A stretch of 64,000 nucleotides of DNA from Octopus vulgaris. Its lineage: Eukaryota. Every line of letters begins with the position of its first letter. The stretch's first letter is position 1. Below the pieces are notes generated by a model that ran no database searches, was not told the origin of the DNA, and saw only the letters and a list, made by a program, of their open reading frames with translations. This document shows positions 53,223-64,000 of this stretch, in pieces. The DNA is taken from positions 38,440,001-38,504,000 of the forward strand of contig OX597833.1 in assembly GCA_951406725.2 (NCBI GenBank), given 5' to 3'. Made by a program: the position numbers and the translations under genes.

Positions 53223-53318
53223 TAAAATAAGTACTGCACTAACTGAATAGTAAAATTTAATATAGACTTATTTAAGTACATTGAGATTATGAAAATTGCA
53301 TGGTTTGTTCACTAACAC

Positions 53319-53870
53319 TGATCTTTCAGCATTTAAACAGGTCATATCTGGCCCAAATATTCTACTTGTTTTATGTTCAAACTGGCCAGATCCAGACTCT
53401 CACAGCTACCCTACCATGACATTCTTAAAATGAACAGGCATAGGCATGATTGTGTGTTAAGAAGTTTGCTTCTCAGCTACGTGGTTCTAGGTTCAGTTCC
53501 GCTGTGTGGCACCTTGGGCAAGTGTCTTCTGCTACAGCCTCAGGCTGACTAAAGCCTTGTGATTAGATTTGGTAGACGGAAACTGAAAGAAGCCTGTCCT
53601 ACCAGCGCTGATGTGTTTACATCCCCATAACCTAGTAAGTATCAGGCTTAAGAAAAGAGTAAGTACTGGGGTTGATACATTCAACTAAAAATTCTTAAAG
53701 GCAGTGCCCCAGCATGGCCACAGTCTAATGACTGAAACAAGTAAAAAAAATATAAAAGATAAAAGATACCACCAAAATCTCAAAGCTACAAGATAATGCA
53801 TGATTAATTCAAAACAATGTAGATAAATATGCATTACATTTTAGAAAGTAGTCTGAATGCTAAAGGGTAA
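53319..53870. mobile_element. MITE P1 interrupted by a SINE-A (53437-53768, +)
   Basis: P1 left half ends ..cattcttaaaatgaaca; SINE ggcataggcatg..taaaagataaaagata; P1 resumes aaatctcaaagct..aatgctaaaggg. Confidence 0.85.
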
Positions 53871-54376
53871 AGGCAGGTGCATTTTACAGCCTAAACCAGT
53901 AAAGTTCACTTTTGAATTTGCTTGTTGTTTCGTTTAAGATTTGGGAACTCTTCCATTGTATTTTGTACAGCTGTTATATATCTGGCTAAACACTCCTCTT
54001 TTTGTACATCATAATATAAAACAAGAGTCAGCATGTATTAATGTACACAAGAGATATTTTTTACTAGGATTTCATTGTCTGTAATTAGTGTACGTTATAT
54101 ATGAGTGCAAACTATACACACGTATAAATGTGTGTGCGTGTGTGTATCATCATTGTCTAACATTCAGTTTTCCCTGCTTGCATGGGTGAGATTTTCTATG
54201 GCCAGTTCTCTTCCTGTTTCTAACCTTCACCTGTTTCCAGGCATCATATCCTCCATGGACAGAATGCTTGTCATGCAAGACTGGAAATGAGCACTATTTT
54301 TAGTATGATGTCTATTACCACCAGGTGGATGATATATGTGAGTGTGTGTTATGTATATATGTGTGTATGTGTATAC

Positions 54377-54449
<73 letters not shown>

Positions 54450-54574
54450 TAAATTGGAGATAAAACCACTATTAGGCAAATCAAACAATGAAAAACTTAA
54501 GCCAATACATAAAATTAATTTAAATTATTTTAAATATATATCAAAAGTATTAAAAGATTAAAAGATAATGATTA

Positions 54575-54650
54575 AAACACTACGATCGTTTCATGGCTGT
54601 CCAATTCGTAATAATTCGAGTTATGGTTACAGTCAATCTTCAGGTGATTG
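54575..54650 (-). ncRNA. Minimal type-I hammerhead ribozyme (Penelope type)
   Basis: Minus strand: aatCAC-CTGAAGA-ttgactgt..acagccat-GAAA-CGATCG-TA-GTGttt; intact core, GUA cleavage triplet, palindromic ACGATCGT stem III. Confidence 0.7.
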
Positions 54651-55261
54651 AATTATTCTTTCTCTTCTTTCTCATGTAAATTGCATATTTCATGTCTTCA
54701 TTTTCTCAGACTGGTCCAAAACAACAACAGCGATAACAGCAATAATCTTCCTCTTTCTCCCCACTTAAACTTTTCCTTTCACAAAGTATTATTTGCCGTT
54801 CTACCTTGATCTGTCACGTCTATACTGTTGTTGTTATTAGGGGTAATGATGTTTCGGATCTTTTCGGTTTGAACGGCAGTTTTTTCTAGCGGTGTCATAT
54901 GAAATTTTCCCCCATAATTATGACCCTAGTATTGATCTATTGCATTTCAATCTGTTTTAGGGTTAGGGTTAGGAGTGGGGCGAAGGGTATCTTTTTTTCT
55001 TCAGAAATGTAAATAAACCCAATATATATATATATATATATATAAAATCTAGTTCAAATTTACAGAAAACAAAAGGCAAAGACAGGTGAAGGAACAACAA
55101 GCAGGTGTATTAGTTTAATGCTCAGGAAGAAGGGAAAAATCTTTGATGTTTCAAGCCCATGCTCTTTGACAGAAAAGGATTAAGAGGATAAAAAACAGAG
55201 AGAGGAAAAAATGTATTAAGGATTAACAGTTCGACATGATGAAATTTATATATATATATAT

Positions 55262-55652
55262 ACTCTTTTATTTGTTTCAGTCATGTGACTGTGGCCATGC
55301 TGGAGCACCACCTTTAGTCAAGCAAATTGACCCCAAGACTTATTCTTTGTAAGCCTAGTACTTACTCTATCGGTCTCTATTGCTGAGCCGCTAAGTTACG
55401 GGGATGTAAACACCAGCATTGGTTGTCAAGCGATGTTGGGAGGACAAACACAGGCACACAAACATATACACACATATATATATACATATATACGACGGGC
55501 TTCTTTCAGTTTCCATCTACCAAAACCACAAGGCTTTGGTTGGCCTGAGGCCATAGTAAAAGACACTTGCCCAAAGTGCCACGCGGTGGGATTGAACCCG
55601 GAACCATGTGGTTCGTAAGCAAGCTACTTACCACACAGCCACTCCTACGCCT
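55262..55652 (-). mobile_element. Full-length young SINE family A
   Basis: Reverse complement starts ggcgtaggagtggctgtgtggtaag, B box gggttcaatccc; sits within TA repeats. Confidence 0.92.
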
Positions 55653-55818
55653 ATAATATATATATATAGATTCATAGACTCATGTAGCTATCACAGAAAG
55701 CTCTCCAGTGACTTAGCTAAGAGACCACATAGTAATCTAATACAGAGGTGTACGATGCAGAATGTCCATGCAGCTGAAATCCAGGAGATCCGATCAGTGA
55801 ATTTATTTCATTTGATAA

Positions 55819-56193
55819 ACCATAAAAGGTCAGGAGGTATGAGAGGTGAATATATTTATTTAACCAGTTGTTATCCTTAGGATTATGGCCATTTTGCAGC
55901 CTTCGTCATGCATTAATAATGTTGGTGTATAATAAATTATGTTTAGAGTTGAAGAATTTGTTTAACCACGATTTTCTGGTGATTTGTATAGCTAGCCTTC
56001 TATATCTGCATTGATTTGTAATTGTAGTGTGCATTGTGTAGCATACATATTGGTGCCGACACATAAAATTATAAATTATGCACTGAAATTATTATTACAT
56101 AATGAATACTGCGAAACAGCCATAATCCTACAGATATCAAGTGGTTAAATATATTCATCTCATATACCACCTGACTTGTTACTTTTTATGGTC
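55819..56193. repeat. Element with ~100-bp inverted arms
   Basis: accataaaag..tttaaccagttgttatccttaggattatggc vs gccataatcctacagatatcaagtggttaaa..ttttatggt. Confidence 0.7.
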
Positions 56194-56551
56194 TATGCAC
56201 TCCTCACGACATATATATATATATATTAGTCAGCTCTGACCAAATTGACCTATAATCAAAGGCATTCCAGCCATGATTAGCCCTTGTGTACACGAGGGAG
56301 AGACCAGGAGCCAAATTGTACAACATATTTTTAAAGATAGTATTGTGTGATTTGAAGGAGATTTGGCTGCTATTTCTACCACACTGAGTGCCCACATAGA
56401 GGCTCATTTGGTTACTGTAAGTTTCATTCTCACTGATTGCTCTTGTCCCATACCATCTGATCTACTCTACCCTCCACCCCCACTGATGTCTTTCTTTGTT
56501 CCACCCCTTAATCTGCCAGAGGATGGGTTCTTTCATTACCTTTTTTTAATG

Positions 56552-56847
56552 ATCTGTATATCTTACTTAACATGGATTTATAGTAAGGGCATACACCATA
56601 CTGGGGTATTCATCTCAAGAAGGCATCTTGCTTAGACATATAATGCTAAAAGGCACAAAAGTATCAGTGGCAGACAAAAAGTATCCAGCAGCGACAGTAG
56701 AATTGGGTATTGACACTTTTCATCTGCCATTGATACTTCTATGATTCTTAGCACCACTATACATCTGTATGATATGTCTTTTCAAGATGAATACCACAGT
56801 ACCGTGGCTTTCTAACATTATATCCATGTTTAGTTAGATATACAGAT
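56552..56847. mobile_element. Foldback (palindromic) MITE-like element
   Basis: atctgtatatcttacttaacatggat / atccatgtttagttagatatacagat at the ends; pairing continues to aagtatcagtggcaga / tctgccattgatactt. Confidence 0.75.
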
Positions 56848-57416
56848 TGCTATTCTGAACAAATACTGCTTCTACTGCTACTCACAATTTTTTGCCTTCT
56901 TTAGTATTTTACTGTCACAAGAATGGGAGGAAAGAAGTACCTACAACTATTATCTTCATGCTGTAGTGTTGTTATTAAACTCTAGCTTAGCCTTGGTTAA
57001 CACATAAAGTGCAACGGGCCATCAGGCACAGGTCGACAGGCCACAATCATGGCCCAGATAGATGCATTTAATTTATGGACGTTTGTTGGGGTCTAATGTC
57101 ACTCAAATATTCTGAGCCCCCCCTCCAGAATGCAAGAAGACTAATAGTTCAACTAATGACTTTTCAGGTGATGTAAAACTTGTTACCATTATATACTAAG
57201 AAGATATTTTAAATATTTTTTGCTTTTTATGTGTGCATGGTGGTCTCATTGTCATAAAATGTACTCAGCAGTCCATGCTATGTAACTGCAAATCCCAGCG
57301 CTTTATGGCTTAAGAAAACATAAGTTTAAAAACAGTACCAACTGGTAACCAGCCCATTTTGATTCAACCATTATTTATCCAAGACCTCTTTGTTCATTGT
57401 GTTTTAAATTTTTTCT

Positions 57417-57448
<32 letters not shown>

Positions 57449-57449
57449 T

Positions 57450-57742
57450 AACTGGCACTTGTGCATTTTGGGCAAGTGTCTTCAACTATAACCTTGGACT
57501 GATCAAAGCCTTATGAATGGGTTTGATAGACCAAAACTGAAAGAAGTCCTTCATGTGTGTGTGTGTCCCTCACTATTATATGACAGCTGATGTTGGTTTG
57601 TTAATGTTCCCTTAGTGGTTCAGCAAAAGAGAAAGATAGAATGGTTCAGATTGTAAATAAAATATACTGATGTTCATTTGTTTGACTAAACCCTTCAAGG
57701 TGGTGCCCCAGCATTGCCACAGTCCAATGACTGAAACAAGTT
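57450..57742 (+). mobile_element. SINE family A (5' truncated)
   Basis: gggcaagtgtcttc..aaactgaaagaag..ccaatgactgaaacaag. Confidence 0.8.
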
Positions 57743-57787
57743 AAAAATACAGGATAGAAGATGTGTGTGTATGTTGCTTATTATTAT

Positions 57788-58034
<247 letters not shown>

Positions 58035-58258
58035 AAGGTGGTGAGCTGACCAAAATGTTAGCACACTGGACGAAATGCTTAGTGGTATTTCACACGTCAC
58101 TACATTCTGAGTTCAAATTCCACTGAGGTCGACTTTTCCTTTCACCCTTTCGGGGTCGATAAAATAAGTACCTGTTGAACACTGGGGTCAATGTTATCAA
58201 CTTAACCCCTCTGCTAATATTGCCGCCCTTGTGGCAGAATTTGAAGCGAATATTGTTA
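58035..58258 (+). mobile_element. SINE family B
   Basis: aaggtggtgagctgacc..gagttcaaattcc..ttcggggtcgataaaataagtacc. Confidence 0.88.
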
Positions 58259-59398
58259 TATGTGGAGGGATGCCTGTGTAGTTCCACTACTATTTGGTTT
58301 CAAGTTCAGTCCCACTGTGTGGCACTTGGATGGTTGTTTTCTAATATTATCTTAGGCTGACCAGCATCTCCTAGAGTAGAGGCATGCAGCCCCCCCCCCC
58401 CACTGTTTAAATCGTCCATTGCTCATCCAATGTCAACTAAATTTAACCGAAATCAATATTCAATCAGAAATTTAATACAGACACTAAATAAAAGAAAAGA
58501 AAAAGAGCAAATAATAAAATATCATTAGTAATATCTGAAGGGTAAAAATATCGAAAAAGAGACAAATTAGTGTGATTTTGATAAAATTTGTGATAAATGT
58601 CACCATGACCCACTAAACATTTTTGTGTAGTCCACTTCTAGACTATATTGGCTACCTTGTGCATCACTGATATAAAGTACCATTGAAGGTTTTATGTCTT
58701 TCTCTATACAATGTATTTAGCATCTACAGCTTTTCTCTCTCTCTCCCCACCTCTCACTATCTCTCCATCTTCTTTCTTCCAGTTCTTTTTCTCCGTCCTG
58801 TCTCAGTTTCTCTTTCACTCCCTTCCTCTCTCACAGACCATCTATGCAAGCAATAGTTGCGTGTGTGTGACATTAGTGCTGACTACTAGTTGGCAGGTGT
58901 TGAGTTCAAATCCACTTGCTGAGCCTTAAAACAGGCAACCAAACCAAGCACCAAATTCTGCATTGTTCCTTCCATTGCTATCCAGGACACAAGTTGTAGA
59001 TTGGTGTAGGTATTTCACCTTCATTGGTTTTCTCTCAAACAAATAGAAGATTTGTCCCTCCCATTTCTATTAATACTACATAACTGTCTGTCCTTCTAAG
59101 ATTTTTGCTGATTTTGGAGAAGGATGGATACTCCTACACTGTCTCCCCTTACTCCAACACAGTACTGTATGTGTGTGTGTGTGTGTGTTTTATATATTAT
59201 TTTCTATGTTTATAAATATTTATGTATATGCAGCCCCCCTTTTGATTGGAGGGGAATATTAGCCTGCTCACCCAGCCAGTGGGCTGATGTTGTTTGAAGG
59301 CTAAAACAATGCAAAGTGCATTGTGACCAGCAGTGTGTAACAACATCTGATAGTCTGATTGGTCACATGATCATGTGATATATATTCATGTATTTATA

Positions 59399-59470
<72 letters not shown>

Positions 59471-59550
59471 AATATGTAGATAGATAGATAGAAATGGCAA
59501 GATAACAAAAGAATGAAAGCGACCTCGATATTATGTAAATAGAGGAATTT

Positions 59551-59668
59551 ATCTGTAAATATAATATGTGACAATTATTCATTCAGTAGCCGTGATAAAA
59601 CTCTGACATCCGAAACTCAGAGTTTTATCATGGCTACCAAATAATTGTCACATATTATATTTACAGAT
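59551..59668. repeat. Near-perfect hairpin (arms ~52-56 bp, 10-nt loop)
   Basis: atctgtaaatataatatgtgacaattatt..gtagccgtgataaaactctga-catccgaaac-tcagagttttatcatggctac..aataattgtcacatattatatttacagat. Confidence 0.9.
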
Positions 59669-59699
59669 ATATACATGTATATATATATATGAACAGGTG

Positions 59700-59850
59700 C
59701 ACTGTGTGTCAGGTGTCAAAGTGATCACAGAGCGACATGAGATGAAGTGTTTTGCTCAAGAACACAATGCACCACCTGGTCTAGGAATTGAAACCACAAT
59801 TGCTAGATCGTGAGTGCAACACCCTAACTACTAGGCCATGCACCCTCACA
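59700..59850 (-). mobile_element. SINE family D 5' part
   Basis: ttgctcaagaacacaatgc..ggaattgaaacc..ccctaactactaggccatgcaccctcac. Confidence 0.75.
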
Positions 59851-59950
59851 TGTGAGCTTTGAACATTTGATCACTATAAACAAATTGTTCGTGCAGGTTG
59901 TTTGGCAAAAGCTGAATATTCGTACATGATCTTCGACTGGGGGTGAGGTC

Positions 59951-59980
<30 letters not shown>

Positions 59981-59982
<2 letters not shown>

Positions 59983-60874
59983 AGTCTGATCAGTAAGTAT
60001 CCGGACTGTTGCCATAGTAACAAAGCTAAAGCATGACAAGTGAATCAGCTTGGTACAGATTACCTTTTAACTCTGCTGTGCATGCACACTATGTTTTAAT
60101 GTTCTAGCTCACTTCTACTGTTTATAGCAGTGCTTGGAAGGAAGGTGTGTAGCATGTGATCATCACATTGACCATGACAGGAAGTTGAGAGGAGAATTTG
60201 AATCAAATTTTGCCAAAAGCTTGGTGATACCTACTCAGAGGTCTATGCAAAGTTTTCAAAAATCTTTCATTGTTCTCGACACAATCAAGGAGATCTTATG
60301 TAATTGAAACTTGAGTGTCTTCTTGGTGAGGTGAAAGCAGTTTTGGCATAAACTTGGCAGACATGCATCTCCTACCAAAATCTTCAGTGATAATGGATTG
60401 AACTGATCTGCACATCCTCTGATAAATCACTGATGGTGATTCAGCGATTTCTCCTCACAGCTGCACGCACATCTACAATGTTTTTCTCAGTTCTGCTGGT
60501 CGTGGGTCTCCCAGAACATTTGTCAATATCAATATCTTTCAGACATTTTGGAAATGTCTGAAACACTCATACACTTGTATGTGGCTCATACACTTGTATG
60601 TGGCTCATACACTCCTCTCCATACTCTTTCTGCAACTTTGTGTAGGCCTCTGAGCAGGTAACACCATGACAACTTTCTGTCATGGTCAATGCAATGATCA
60701 CACACTACACACCTTCCTACTAAGCACTGCTGTAAGCAGTGGAAGTGAGCTAGAACATTCAAACTTAGTGCACATGCACAGCAGAGTTCAAGGTCAATTT
60801 TTGCCTAGTGGCTTTCCTCTATGTGCTTTAGGCTTCGTTATTATGGCAACTGTACAGATATTTATTGATCAGAC

Positions 60875-60878
<4 letters not shown>
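59981..60878 (-). mobile_element. mariner-derived element built from two 5' ends (long inverted arms) with a transposase N-terminus
   Basis: Ends gtagtctgatcagtaagtatc / gatatttattgatcagactgca-ta; minus strand encodes CSEAYTKLQKEYGEECMS, DKCSGRPTTSRTEKNI, SAKFMPKLLS. Confidence 0.88.
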
Positions 60879-60918
<40 letters not shown>

Positions 60919-61155
60919 CACATATATATATATAGAGAGAGAGTGTGTGTGTGTGAGTGGGCACTTTGGATAATGACTTTGATGCACTATGTCTGAAAAT
61001 AAAACTAGATGGTCATGGCTGTAATATGTTTGACCACAGGTCTGCTTTATCAAGACTGACCTAGATCTGGAACCACAAGACAATATATAAATTTGCCAGT
61101 TTATTGTGTTTTCACAGCATAAAACTAATAGTAGCTCATATTTAAGTACTGTTTA

Positions 61156-61647
61156 TCTCTCTATATATAAACGGCAGTTTGTCTGTCTGTGTGTCTGTGA
61201 GGTTGTACCCTCACCCTGACCACGGCTTTCAACCAATTCTGATGAAACTTGACACACACATAGCCCAATGTCATAATTAAAAACTAACGCAGCGAAAATT
61301 TTGAAAAGTTCCTCCAGTTCTGAAAAATATCGATAAATTTGACTGGGGTCGAGAATCTAAGCTTTTTATATGCAATACATTTTCTGTTGTAGTTTTCGCA
61401 ACTTGCAATCAAGTTTCACCAAACTCATGGTGAAGCTTAATGTTACCCTAAGAAACTTAATTCTGAGGTTAGTTTTCCATGCAATACCTTACCATCAGAA
61501 AAAATACACAGAAGTATTCGAGTGAAGAGAAGACATTGCAACCTACACATGCACCTTTGTTCCCTAGAGGGAAAGGACTAGATTGAGATTAGTCGTTGCC
61601 TACTAGGGGCTCTTACATATCCGGACAACGCCGGGCTATGCTGCTAG
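61156..61647 (+). mobile_element. Non-autonomous Helitron
   Basis: a|TCtctctatatataa 5' end, (tgtc)n after it, subterminal hairpin ccggacaacgccgg (61621-34), 3' CTAG|t, no TSD. Confidence 0.88.
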
Positions 61648-61893
61648 TTTTAAATATTTATCTCTCACTGGATAGAGTACTTTTTCTTTTGTGACCCCCA
61701 CTGCCACCACCACCACCACCATTATGTTGGGGTTGTGAAGGGAATTTAGCTCTGTTGCAAGCTAAACAGCTATGTAGTTATTGTTTCATTTCTGTTCTTA
61801 TTGCTATATGATACTGTTGTTGTTTGACCCTTGGTCATTTCTGATTGCACATTCTTGCTGTTTTAAGGATATCTATGCTCCAAACTGTTGAGA

Positions 61894-62145
61894 AGTGTTT
61901 CCCTAAGTGGGCAGTGCTGCTCCCTTGAGGGCAGTGGAAAGATCTAGGGGCATGTTGAGAAGAAAAGTAGGGTGATTATGGGGTGATTATGGACGTAAAA
62001 CCCCACAAAATAATGTTTTATTTATGAAATACAACAGTTTTGAGTTTGCTGCAGAAAGTGGTCTATGTTTGTTGTGTTGAGTGTTTGGGGTGGGGAGGGT
62101 GCTAGGAATGTGGCCTGGGTAGCTTGAAAAACTTTGGGAAGCACT
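61894..62145. mobile_element. hAT-type MITE
   Basis: agtgtttccctaagt ... actttgggaagcactg inverted termini. Confidence 0.7.
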
Positions 62146-62214
62146 GCTGTAGGGTGTGACTTCATGAATTGGCTGCTATTTCTAGCAGATCTGGTGACCA
62201 TGTAAAATCTTCTT

Positions 62215-63255
62215 TGTTGGTTTATGTTGTTATTATTGTTACTGTTATTATTCTTCTCACTGTCATTGTTGTTAATATGTTGCTGTCATTGACTTCGTCT
62301 ATTATTACATTTTGTTGTTTTTGTGTTTGTTAATGGTTGCTTTTTTTTTGTTTCTGTTTTTTTTTTAGCTATTGTGTACTGTTTTTGCAGCCATTAATGT
62401 TTACCATTTTGTGACCATTCACTGTCTCAAAGGCTTTTACTGTTTGCTGTTGTTTGGGCTATTAATGTTTTTTAGATTTTCATGGTAACTGTTGTTTTCT
62501 GTTTTTGTGGCTATGAATGTTTTCTGTTTTTGTGACTATTTACTGTTTTAGAGGCTATTAATGTTTTCTGTTTTTTAAGCTATTAATGCTTGCTGTTTCT
62601 CTTGTGAATATTTGTTGTGTTTATGGTTATTGTTTGCTGTTAGGGGGCTGCTATTGCCTGTTGCTTTGTGTCTATTTGTGTTTTGCACTTATATCAATGT
62701 GTCACTATAATCTCGTGCTTGCTGTGACTTGGGTGCTGTTTTTGTAACCACAATTTTTGTGAAAATGTATACTGTTTTTGTGTCACAAATCTTTGTTGTT
62801 TGTGTGTCTCTTTGCTGTTTCTGTTTTTTTCTGACTCCTGCTCATTGATTTCCTTTACTATTATTTACTGTTTCGCTAATTATTGTTTACGGGTTTTGTG
62901 AACATTTTCTATACGTCTTACTATTAATGTTTACTAATGTCTGCTTATCAGTGCTATTGTTTCTGTTTGCTGCTATTGCAGCTATTAATGGCTCTCGGTG
63001 ATGATGCACTTTCTATCACCATTTTATGCTGCTTTTTCCTATTGTTATTTACTACATATATCATTGTTATTGGTGTTGCTGTTATTGTCACAGCTACTGT
63101 TATAGGTGTTTGTTGTTGTGGTGCAAATATTTTCTGTTATTCTTGTTACTGCAACGACTACTGCACTTAATGGTTGCTGTTGTTCTAAATGTTTGTTGCT
63201 GCTGGTATTATTGTTGATGATGCTGTTTACTGTTTCACTGGTGCTGCTGTTACTG
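62215..63255. repeat. ~1-kb T/G-rich low-complexity tract (ctgttttt, gctatt, tgttg motifs)
   Basis: Strong T excess with recurring short motifs. Confidence 0.75.
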
Positions 63256-63261
63256 CAACAG

Positions 63262-63364
63262 ACACTGGCTGCATAATTCAGCCCAGACAAAGCAATCGAC
63301 CCGTCACTTCTTCCCCAGAAGACAAATTTGGTTACCTGAAGCTGCGATACTGCACATGACGTAA
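63262..63364 (+). CDS. Candidate short terminal exon
   Basis: CpG-containing complex island between low-complexity tracts, cag acceptor 63259-61; open as HWLHNSAQTKQSTRHFFPRRQIWLPEAAILHMT* (phase 2) or TGCIIQPRQSNRPVTSSPEDKFGYLKLRYCT* (phase 1). Confidence 0.3.
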
Positions 63365-63395
63365 CATCATTGCAGACTGTTGCTGCAGTGTTCAT

Positions 63396-63426
<31 letters not shown>

Positions 63427-64000
63427 TATACACACACACATTTAAATAAATCAAAAACATTCACACACTCAAATACAGACATACATTATAAACACCCATT
63501 TAAATACATATATCACAATCATTAAATGTGCACACACAAATAGGCACCTGTGCATGTGCACACACATGCACACCAATACATAGTCATATACTGCACATAC
63601 TTAGATGAATACGGACATGTACTGCACTTAATCATATACATATTTGCACAAATACAAACATACACACACATACTCAGAAACAAATATAATCACCCTCTCT
63701 TTCTTTCTCTCACTCATTTACTTTTTCTCTCTCTCCCTCTCCTGTGCTCCATTTGCTCCTCCCCACTCTCCATACATTAAATAGATTTTATTAAAATTTT
63801 AATACTTATTCCATTCTCTTAACACTGTTATCATACATTGATTCAAACTTATTTCTCTCTATTTCTTTTGTCTGTCTGTCTGTCTCTCTGATTCTCTACC
63901 CCCTTCTCTCTCTCTCTCTCACCCTTTGTCTTTCACTAGATTTTCTTCGTAATCATGATATTATGATTTTCTCTCTCTCTCTCTCTCTCTGTATATATAT

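Noticed and set aside
54957-54974. Interstitial telomere (TTAGGG)
   Set aside because: Only two perfect units plus one variant, inside what looks like a dispersed repeat

Overview
AT-rich animal genomic DNA with no intact long protein-coding ORF and one 100-N assembly gap (38943-39042). The repeat families resemble, from my recall only, those of octopus (coleoid cephalopod) genomes. The window reads as intronic or intergenic sequence dense in microsatellites and transposon relics: several tRNA-derived SINE families, RTE-clade LINE fragments, two decayed Penelope-like elements, mariner and hAT (Buster/Charlie-like) transposase relics, two TTAA-flanked piggyBac-type MITE families and a non-autonomous Helitron. 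Almost all entries in the ORF track are microsatellite or TE artefacts. The most interesting signals are: (1) several minimal type-I hammerhead-ribozyme motifs of the Penelope type, one inside a tRNA-headed SINE-like unit with an inverted partial duplication; (2) a 67-bp tandem array of a possible H-type pseudoknot in an RTE 3' UTR; (3) many foldback and inverted-repeat structures, including a ~570-bp inverted duplication; (4) a speculative series of same-phase short + strand exons that could be alternative last exons of an unidentified host gene. Repeat boundaries were read by eye and are approximate unless terminal motifs are quoted.
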